Shown: positions 55,974 to 64,000 of the stretch, piece after piece
Position numbering within the stretch: the first letter of the stretch is position 1
Layout: the number at the start of each line of letters is the position of its first letter
NCBI GenBank assembly: GCA_002811645.1
Contig: PDIP01000051.1
Span: 190,519-254,518 of the forward strand
Origin: Corallochytrium limacisporum Hawaii
Taxonomy: Eukaryota; Protista; Pluriformea
DNA: 64,000 nucleotides
Reading direction: 5' to 3'
Made by a program: the position numbers and the translations under genes
The notes under the pieces: model-generated
What the model was told of the DNA's origin: nothing
Seen by the model: only the letters and a program-made list of their open reading frames with translations
The model's database searches: none

Positions 55974-56883
55974 AGTATGTCTTGGACGCTGTCCATGGGG
56001 TCGGACCGTGTGAGTCCAGTGACGCTCGGAAGTAGGATTTCCCTGGACGATACTACAATCCTCATTGCCAAGAGTGAGGTCCATACTAAAGAAAATACGC
56101 GGAGCGTATTGGCATTGCAGGACCCACATTCTGAGCCGGGAAGGTAATGCAATTGTGTCCAGCCTCCACCACCAATCCCATGAGCCTCAAACTTCCAACA
56201 TCCTTTGAGAGAATAACTAGAAAAGAAAAATCTTAACTCCTTTATGTTCGAAATTGAAATCTAGAGAGCTTTATAGCAAAGCCATGGTTGCTTGCCATGT
56301 GTGCGACCAAGAATGGGGTTTCGTTCAGCTGCCAGCGGCGCATCAGGTCACAACACACTTGGGACTGATACCCAACCTGAGCCGGCCCAAGGAGGTTGGG
56401 GCGGGGCGGGGGTTGGCAGGGGTGCTTTGAGAACCCAAGCCCTCTCCCCCCCTTTTCTCTCCCGGGCAGGCTCCACGCTCGCTTGGGTCTCAAACACTTT
56501 CAGTGACGTGCCCAGCACCCCCGGCCCTTCGACCGGGGGTGTCCGTGTGTGCGTTGGGACTCGCACAGCCGATTCGTCGGTGGCTCTCAACGTTGATTGT
56601 CCTTGTCTCTTTCAGATGACGCAACAACCACAGATACCACATATGTGGTTCGTTCCATGCAAAAACAACCGACAGAACTTTCTGCTGTATCGTAGTCGAC
56701 GCCGAGCACATGCATCCCTTGCCATTGCTATTTGAGATCGACAACAGCTTGACCATGCTTTGCTTAGAGATGTAATGCATAGAGCATGGTTCGTTAAGAA
56801 ACTGTTGCGTACACATTAACATGTAGTAAATTAGCCATTCTAATGTCAGTTTTAGTCGTAGCACATAGAATATTTATATAACA

Positions 56884-59800
56884 ATGCCAGGTGGCGGCAG
56901 AAGGCGGAAGGGGCCTCGGCGCGGGCAAACCCAACGTTCGAAAGGTGGAATAGCTGTAAGTGAGCACGAACAGAACAATGTCGTCGGGGGAGACGGGACA
57001 TTACTGGAGTTTACCGATGGCACTGTGACGGCCATCTCAAATCAGGACATTGTACGTGTACTCTCCAACCGACTTGAGAAAACACTAACAATCGGAAGCG
57101 ACTTTAATGGTCTCTACGACGCCGTGGCAAACGAAGAGTTTGAGAAGGTGTACGATGCGTTCCGCTTGGCGGTTGCGCAGAGCCAAATCGGGGCCATCCT
57201 AAAGATATTACGCAAGGCCGCAAGACGGTCACCGGACCCGATTAAAGCAGCTTTGACTCTGGTGCAGCGCGAAGCCCGGTACGGAGACCGCTCCGGTTAC
57301 CACAACTACGGAGAACAGATCCTCAAGGCGTTTCTGCCCTGGTGGTTCCACAGTTACGGAGCAGCATCACGGGATGACGAAGTCATTCCCGGTAACGAGT
57401 CCCCGGAGCTTGCAGAGGGCGAAGAGCTTTCCAAGATTTACGGGGCGGGCGACCGGCCGAACAACTCAGACGCGCAGACGGCCTGGGAGTGCATCACTAG
57501 TGGACCATCCCGCTTGGGGGCCCGGGACATCGTGCTCATCAGCCGAACTTTTGACTTTGTGCACAATTTAGACGACGATCAGCTCATTGCAGTCTACAAT
57601 CAGTTGGCTAGCCGGGGCAACTGCTGGAAGGAGACGTCACAGTTTGCGGATGAGACCGAGATTTTGACTTTGATTGATGTTCAGCGAATGTTTAGGGCTG
57701 CAATTGGGGACAATCAAATGTCAATTGTGGTGAATATTGCGGAACGTCATCCAGTGGTGCGGAAAGATATTTTGAAAGCCATGGACAGCTGGTGTGAAAG
57801 TCTTTACTTCAAATCAGGCTCGGGCGGTGCTGAAGGAAGCAACGGCATTGTCGATTCTGACAGCCTGACATCCTCTCTGTCCGAAAGCAGTGCATCCAAT
57901 GGTGGAAGCGGATCGTCATCAAAGAAAAAGGACATGCCCCAAAGTGTACGTCAAGGGAAGATGAGTAAAGATCGATTCCTGCAACAGGTGTCTTCCCAGG
58001 CCACGCGGCAGTGTGCAAAGTGGGGTCTCGTTGCCGACGAAGTCTGCCCGTCGGCGCGGCTGGTCGTGGACAGTAACGCTTTGTTTTGGCATGTGCGCCA
58101 GATAGCTACCACTCGCCACAAGGCAATGAAGTCACGCGGAAGTGATGGAGAGCGAGACCGGTGCGCATTGCATGAAACTCTTAGCTGGGAGGAACTCATC
58201 ATTGATGGGATCAAACTGCGCCCGGAATTGAAGCGAGAGTTGGCATGGATGTTACACGTCAGCAAGGATCCGGTCACTTTACACCGTCTGATTGAACAAA
58301 AAATACTGAAACCATACGAAGATATTCCCAAGCGCTTTCTCGGAGGCAGCGATCCAGAGTTTTGGAGCGAGGACGAGCGGGCGTACACAAAGTGTATCTG
58401 CCCATCAATTTACGAGAAGCAGAAGGATCCCCATCAGTCAAGCTACTGGAAGTCCCGTAAGATGAAACTCAGCGACCTGCGCTTCCCGGCACGGATTACC
58501 ATGGTAGATTCGCGCGAGTCTCTGAAGGACCACAGCTTTCTGTCCGACATTGGGACGAGAGTGACCATGGGCATAGACATGGAATGGAAACCGAACATGT
58601 TTCAGGGCCAGAAGCAACCTGTGGCCCTGGTACAGATCGCCTACGTTGTCAACGATCGCACAGAAGTGGTATTTTTGGACGTGCCCAGCCTTGATCCAAA
58701 GTTTGTGCACAAAATCATGGCCGATATCTTGTCCAGTCCAGACACTGTCAAAGTTGGCTTTGGCCTGGCAAACGATCTGAATATGCTTGAGAAAACACTC
58801 GCAGAACACGATCTGAGCCTGCCTGGCATCACCAACTACTTCGAACTTGAGGATGTAAATCGCATGATCAAGGAGATGCGGGATGTCAACGAATTACAAC
58901 AGAAAAAGACAGGCAAACCGCGGCACGGTCATCGGCACAATAATCATCGGAGCAACTTGGAAGATCCGTCGACGCACACCACGTACACGGGATCTTTCTG
59001 GCTCCATGAGAACCCATACAAGGGCCTTAGTGGACTGGTCTATCATTTCTTCGGCTACGGTCTGGACAAGACCGAGCAGATGAGCGAATGGGAACGCAGG
59101 CCATTGCGAACGGAACAGAAAATCTATGCTGCTCTCGATGCAGCTGTCCTGGTGGACATTTTTAGCATCTTCAAGGAGAATCTTGCTCCGGATGCGAACG
59201 ACGTGTCCAAGGCAACCTTGCTCCACACCGGCTTCGCCAAAGCTAAGTTGAGCGAAAATGAGCTGTTGGACCCGAACCTGTGTGATGTTCTACAGTCGCA
59301 GATCAACAAGGCCTTTCTTAACAAGGCATTCAAGATTGTTCAGGAACCACGACAACAAGCCGTGTCGGCGGGCACTAAGAAGTCGCATAAAAAGGCAACA
59401 ACGTCCGCCGTGGCCAAGGAAGGAGATGGTCAGCATCCTGCACCTTCCCAGAGCACCAAGAACACCAGTGGGTTGGGCATGGGCGTGCCTCCGACCAATC
59501 CCTCCGATCCGCCCATCTTCCCGCCTGACTGTAGGTTCGCGGTGGACAACATGATCTGCCGCCTCGGTCGCCATCTGCGGTTGTGCGGAATAGACACCTT
59601 GCTCAACACTGGTGGCACCATGACTGACCAAGCCTTCATCACACGCATCAATTCTGAAGATAGGACGCTCCTGACCCGTGGACAGCGCTTCCACGTTCTA
59701 CTCAATCAGTTAGACTATCAGAAGGCAGTGCAAGTGCAGGGAGACAGCGTTGAAGACCAGCTAGCGTGGGTGCTCAAGTATTTCAACATCAAGGTGAGGC

Positions 59801-60045
59801 CCCAGGACATGTTCAGTCGCTGTCAGCGTTGTAATGACGCCGCATTCCATACCTTTACTGCTGCGGAGATGAGCGCGCGGGCCGAGGCCAATCCCGAGGT
59901 CTACCAACGCTTCCCTCCAGGACTGTTCGATCGCGAGCTCGCCTTTCACGAGTGTACGGCCTGCCACAAGGTCTACTGGGACGGAGCCCACGCGCGTAAC
60001 TTTGTGCGTGACTTTGGCGACGTGATTGAGGGCTCCACCCCGTAG
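56884..60045 (+). CDS. EXD3: EXD3/Mut-7/Nibbler 3'-5' exonuclease with Mut7-C domain
   Basis: DEDDy motifs GIDMEWKP, VGFGLANDL, WERRPL..YAALDA; Mut7-C FAVDNM..RLGRHLRLCGID, CQRC..CTAC.KVYWDGAH. Confidence 0.93.
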   Translation: MPGGGRRRKGPRRGQTQRSKGGIAVSEHEQNNVVGGDGTLLEFTDGTVTAISNQDIVRVLSNRLEKTLTIGSDFNGLYDAVANEEFEKVYDAFRLAVAQSQIGAILKILRKAARRSPDPIKAALTLVQREARYGDRSGYHNYGEQILKAFLPWWFHSYGAASRDDEVIPGNESPELAEGEELSKIYGAGDRPNNSDAQTAWECITSGPSRLGARDIVLISRTFDFVHNLDDDQLIAVYNQLASRGNCWKETSQFADETEILTLIDVQRMFRAAIGDNQMSIVVNIAERHPVVRKDILKAMDSWCESLYFKSGSGGAEGSNGIVDSDSLTSSLSESSASNGGSGSSSKKKDMPQSVRQGKMSKDRFLQQVSSQATRQCAKWGLVADEVCPSARLVVDSNALFWHVRQIATTRHKAMKSRGSDGERDRCALHETLSWEELIIDGIKLRPELKRELAWMLHVSKDPVTLHRLIEQKILKPYEDIPKRFLGGSDPEFWSEDERAYTKCICPSIYEKQKDPHQSSYWKSRKMKLSDLRFPARITMVDSRESLKDHSFLSDIGTRVTMGIDMEWKPNMFQGQKQPVALVQIAYVVNDRTEVVFLDVPSLDPKFVHKIMADILSSPDTVKVGFGLANDLNMLEKTLAEHDLSLPGITNYFELEDVNRMIKEMRDVNELQQKKTGKPRHGHRHNNHRSNLEDPSTHTTYTGSFWLHENPYKGLSGLVYHFFGYGLDKTEQMSEWERRPLRTEQKIYAALDAAVLVDIFSIFKENLAPDANDVSKATLLHTGFAKAKLSENELLDPNLCDVLQSQINKAFLNKAFKIVQEPRQQAVSAGTKKSHKKATTSAVAKEGDGQHPAPSQSTKNTSGLGMGVPPTNPSDPPIFPPDCRFAVDNMICRLGRHLRLCGIDTLLNTGGTMTDQAFITRINSEDRTLLTRGQRFHVLLNQLDYQKAVQVQGDSVEDQLAWVLKYFNIKVRPQDMFSRCQRCNDAAFHTFTAAEMSARAEANPEVYQRFPPGLFDRELAFHECTACHKVYWDGAHARNFVRDFGDVIEGSTP

Positions 60046-60407
60046 TCCGAAACGGGATAAGATATGCAGTTGGTGAAAAGGTCATAATACACTTTGTATG
60101 TTTGTATATAATGGTGAAATGGAACGAAAATATGCACACCATGATTATTTTTTCTGGCTTTCGTGATGATTCTTGTCAGATTGGAAGTTTTTTACCCCGT
60201 GCTGTGCTGTTTGTGCTAACCTGTGCTCTTGATCTATTCCCTGGTTTGGGGACATTGAATTGGGGGGCGGGAGGACGACGGCCACCTTTTGCCAGCATAT
60301 TTCTCTTCCCGGTGGTCAAAACTAAGCTAGGTGAAAAGGATGCCAGAGGTATCCAGAGCTAGGACTGCTACTGCGTTATGGTCATAATTTACCCGAACTT
60401 CGTAACC

Positions 60408-61826
60408 CTAATTTTGCACATGCTTAGCAGACCCAATGACGTGGAACTTGAAGCCGATGTCGACCATCTTCTTGGTGTCAAGGATCTTCCGCCCGTCGAA
60501 GCAGAAGGCAGGCTTCAGCATACCGTCATAAATCTTGTTGTAGTCCAGGGTCTTAAACTCGTCCCATTCGGTAATGATCATCATACCATGGCATCCCTCG
60601 CTGGCGGTGTAAGCATCGTTGTGGAGCTTGATATTGCTCTGGAAGCGCTTCTGGTGCTCAGCATCATACCCGGGCACGTACAGGTCACGGAAGATCTGCT
60701 TCTCGGGGACCTTCGGGTCGTAGATGTGCAGAGTGGCTCCCTCTTCCAACAGAGCGCGGCAGACGGCAATGGCGGCAGATTCGCGGGTGTCACCGGTGTC
60801 CTTCTTGAAAGCAAACCCGAGAACGGCCAGACGCTTGCCGGTCACCGTGTTGAACATGGTGCGCACAATGTTGCGGGTGAAGCGCTCTTTCTGATAGTCA
60901 TTCATCTTAACAACTTGGCGCCAGTAGTCGGCAACCTCCGGGAGGTTGAAGCACTCGGACAAGTAGACCAGGTTAAGAATGTCCTTCTGGAAGCAAGACC
61001 CACCGAACCCGACGGAAGCCTTCAAAAACTTGGAACCCAGGCGAGAGTCCTGACCGATGGCATAGGCGACCTCGTCGACGTCTGCACCCGTGGCCTCGCA
61101 GACCGCAGAGATGGAGTTGATGGAAGAGATGCGCTGGGCCAGGAAGGCGTTCGCAGTCAGCTTGGCCAGCTCGGACGACCACAGGTTGGTGGTGATGATG
61201 CGTTCCCGGGGCACCCAGTTAGCGTAGACCTCTACCAGGCGCTCGACAGCCTGGTCGCCGGTGGGAGTCTTGTGGCCACCGATGAGGACACGGTCGGGGT
61301 TGGTCAGATCGCTGATGGCCGTACCCTCGGCCAGGAACTCGGGGTTGGAAAGAATCTCAAACTGAGCCTTGGTGGAGGAGTTGGCCTGCAGGATGGTGGC
61401 AATAGATTCGGCACTGCGGACGGGCACGGTGGACTTCTCCACGACAATCTTGAACTCCGTGGCCAGTTCGGCAATGCGGCGGGCGGCGGACTCAATGAAC
61501 TTCAGGTCGGCGGCGTATCCCTTGCCCATACCGTAGTCCTTGGTGGGAGTGTTGACACAGATAAAGATCAAGTCAGCCTCAATGATGGACTTGTCGACCT
61601 CGGTGCTGAAGAACAGGTTGCGCCCACGGCACTTCTTGACGACCTCATCAAGGCCGGGCTCGTAAATGGGAAGATTGTCACTGTTCCACGCGTCAATGCG
61701 CTCCTGGTTAATGTCCACAATTGTGACCTGGATGTGGGGGCAATTGAGAGCAATCATGGAGCAGGTGGGGCCACCCACGTAGCCAGCACCGATGCAGGTA
61801 ATCTTCTGGACCTTTTTGGTAGCCAT
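60408..61826 (-). CDS. UGDH: UDP-glucose 6-dehydrogenase
   Basis: [52 protein letters not shown]; ATG at 61826. Confidence 0.98.
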   Translation of the reverse strand: MATKKVQKITCIGAGYVGGPTCSMIALNCPHIQVTIVDINQERIDAWNSDNLPIYEPGLDEVVKKCRGRNLFFSTEVDKSIIEADLIFICVNTPTKDYGMGKGYAADLKFIESAARRIAELATEFKIVVEKSTVPVRSAESIATILQANSSTKAQFEILSNPEFLAEGTAISDLTNPDRVLIGGHKTPTGDQAVERLVEVYANWVPRERIITTNLWSSELAKLTANAFLAQRISSINSISAVCEATGADVDEVAYAIGQDSRLGSKFLKASVGFGGSCFQKDILNLVYLSECFNLPEVADYWRQVVKMNDYQKERFTRNIVRTMFNTVTGKRLAVLGFAFKKDTGDTRESAAIAVCRALLEEGATLHIYDPKVPEKQIFRDLYVPGYDAEHQKRFQSNIKLHNDAYTASEGCHGMMIITEWDEFKTLDYNKIYDGMLKPAFCFDGRKILDTKKMVDIGFKFHVIGSAKHVQN

Positions 61827-62592
61827 TTTTGTTATGTTGTTGTGTTGGTGGTTAGATAAAGTGTGTGAAGGGGGAGTTGGAACTTTGGTTGGTTGTTTCA
61901 AAGAAAAGGAAAGGCACACAGATGTTGTTGTTGCAAGCCCTTTGTCTTGTAAACCCTGTTTCTTGTCCTGTGTTGAAAGTAAACGCCTTTGTGGCGGTCT
62001 CAAATTCCAACGGCTGGATCACGTCACACTAAGTACCCAGACGCGCACTCCCTGCTAGCAACACTTTCTTTCAAGACATTTGTTCCCTTTTCCCTTTCTG
62101 CTTCTTGCTTGCTTGCTTGCTGGTATGCCGTGTCCACATCGCCGTGAGCTTCCCGTGTTCTCTCTCTCTCTCGCTCTCTCTCCTGTGTCCACCGTGTCTC
62201 TCTCGAGCCCCCGCGCACATCGCACACACTCACACATCGCTCTTTTGTCTCTCTTCTTCCTTTATTTTTTTTTTCCCCCTTTTTCCCGTGACCCTTGCGC
62301 CGCCCCGCTTGACGCCCCGACTCCCGTGGTACCCTCCGTCTCCCCGACCTCCCGGGAGGGAGGACGGTGGAGGGAGCCCCTCGGCTCCCCAAAAAAACAA
62401 AAAAAAACAGAAAACAAAAAAAAAGGAAAAAAAGGAGAGAGAGAGAGAGAGAACCCAGAGCGAAAGGTACTTTCAAAAAGAAAAAAAAAAAGGGAAAGAA
62501 GCGACGGTTTGGCCCTTCCCCTCTTCCCCGGGAACCATAAAAAGTTGCCAAAAAATACGGAGGTCAGGAGCCTATGAATTTTGTGACAACAC

Positions 62593-62593
<1 letters not shown>

Positions 62594-62652
<59 letters not shown>

Positions 62653-62809
62653 NNNNNNNNNNNNNNNNNNNNNNNNNNNNNNNNNNNNNNNNNNNNNNNN
62701 NNNNNNNNNNNNNNNNNNNNNNNNNNNNNNNNNNNNNNNNNNNNNNNNNNNNNNNNNNNNNNNNNNNNNNNNNNNNNNNNNNNNNNNNNNNNNNNNNNNN
62801 NNNNNNNNN

Positions 62810-62858
<49 letters not shown>

Positions 62859-62860
62859 GA
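62594..62860. repeat. Long (GA)n microsatellite spanning an assembly gap (62653-62809)
   Basis: agagag... on both sides of the N run. Confidence 0.95.
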
Positions 62861-62874
62861 GGGCCGAAGAAAAA

Positions 62875-62896
62875 ACACACGCACGCACACACACAC

Positions 62897-62950
<54 letters not shown>
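62875..62950. repeat. (CA)n microsatellite
   Basis: acacac... Confidence 0.95.
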
Positions 62951-62952
<2 letters not shown>

Positions 62953-64000
62953 GGGAGCAGAGGAGCAGGGGAGGAGGGGACAGGCTACCAACACACTCCA
63001 AAAACCACTCTCCGTGCACTTCTCCCTGCCTTCCTTTTGGTTCAAAGCCGGGCACCACCGGCCTCCCGCCGGGGGTGGGTGCCCCTACTACCGTCCCCCC
63101 CTCTCTCTTTCTCTCTCCGGTCCCCTTCCTCGCCCTAGCGGTCCTGCGGTCCATACTCGGTCCGTTCGCCGCCGTCAAAAAGGGAAAACGACGATTAAAA
63201 AAAAATGGAGAGAGAAACCCAAAAAGAGAAAACATACGAAATATTGGAGCCCCCCTTCTTCCTTCCTTCTCTGCATTTCGGCCCCCCCCCCTCTCCCTGG
63301 GAGGTGGTGGTGGTGGTGGTGAATTTATTGACAAAGGAACGCGAGAGAGAGAGAGAGATAGGGAGAGATAGAGGGGAAAAAAATAGCAATAAAGAAAACA
63401 ATAAAAAAATCAAGAAAGGATCGGAGAGAAAGGAGAGTAAAGAAAAAATCCATCCATCCATCGAATCCCTTTGCCCGATCCGTGCGGCCATGGGGAAGGG
63501 GGGGGGGTGGTGGTGGGAGAGCTCGTTAATGGGGAGAGACCGCTCATGGCCGTTGGAGGCCGGAAGGGAGGGGCGGGCCCACACTGGACAAAGGAAGAAA
63601 TGAAAAAAAGAAAAAAGTGAAAACATCAACCAAAACCCACCACTCTCTCTCTCTCTCTATCCGCGTTCCACTCGTCCCCTCTGGTTTTCTTCACTGTTGC
63701 GATGGGAGGTCTGTGTGTGTGTGTGTGTGTGCACGGTCGGAGACCGATCGTTGGGAGCGAGCGAGCGAGCGAGCGAGAGACAGGGAGAGAGAGATTTGAA
63801 TTACTTCACGGGCAGTGTGGTGGTAATAAAAGGGGGGCCGGGGGTTAGGATATATAATCATCCAATTGTCCCATGTGCTTAGTGAAATAAAGAAAGTTGG
63901 TATCATCTCTGATACTATCCTCTGCGTCGAAATATTTCTCCAAATCACATTTAATCAACCGGAATAAGGAGGGAGGGAGAAATTCGCGCCAACCGAGTTC

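Noticed and set aside
50698-61826. PGM2-PGK-UGDH proximity as a carbohydrate gene cluster
   Set aside because: Interrupted by unrelated genes and not a single pathway; compatible with chance
60378-61859. 493-aa ORF antisense to UGDH (similarly 43673-44254 opposite RPS9 and 6150-7283 opposite the zinc finger)
   Set aside because: Shadow ORFs produced by the codon bias of the sense gene; no recognisable motifs
61827-62003. 59-codon in-frame upstream extension of UGDH containing RRLLST
   Set aside because: Starts at TTG and runs through CA-rich leader sequence that is naturally stop-poor; the canonical aaaATG matches the conserved N-terminus
1-64000. tRNA, rRNA, spliceosomal snRNA, TPP riboswitch, transposase/RT or telomeric arrays
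   Set aside because: No convincing conserved motif found by eye; tRNAscan-SE and Infernal are needed to exclude them formally

Overview
Gene-dense eukaryotic nuclear DNA with 24 protein-coding genes, each reading as one uninterrupted ORF. The genes are separated by low-complexity intergenic DNA with microsatellites and poly-G/poly-C islands, and there are six assembly gaps. The gene set mixes fungal-type genes (fused HIS7, PHO88/SND3-like, VRG4-type GDP-mannose transporter) with animal-type genes (AIDA, EXD3/Mut-7, SCOC, a MEK1-like kinase). This suggests an intron-poor unicellular opisthokont, possibly a holozoan such as Corallochytrium (inference only). Two signals stand out. (1) An apparent bicistronic locus: a SCOC-like ORF ends 7 nt before a PIG-F/GPI11 ORF, and the ~890 nt before the PIG-F start contain no AUG in any frame, a leaky-scanning/reinitiation signature. 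(2) A single PGK gene has both a weak in-frame upstream AUG adding a mitochondrial-presequence-like peptide and a stop-readthrough extension ending in a PTS1-like PRL. No tRNA, rRNA, transposon or CRISPR could be supported.
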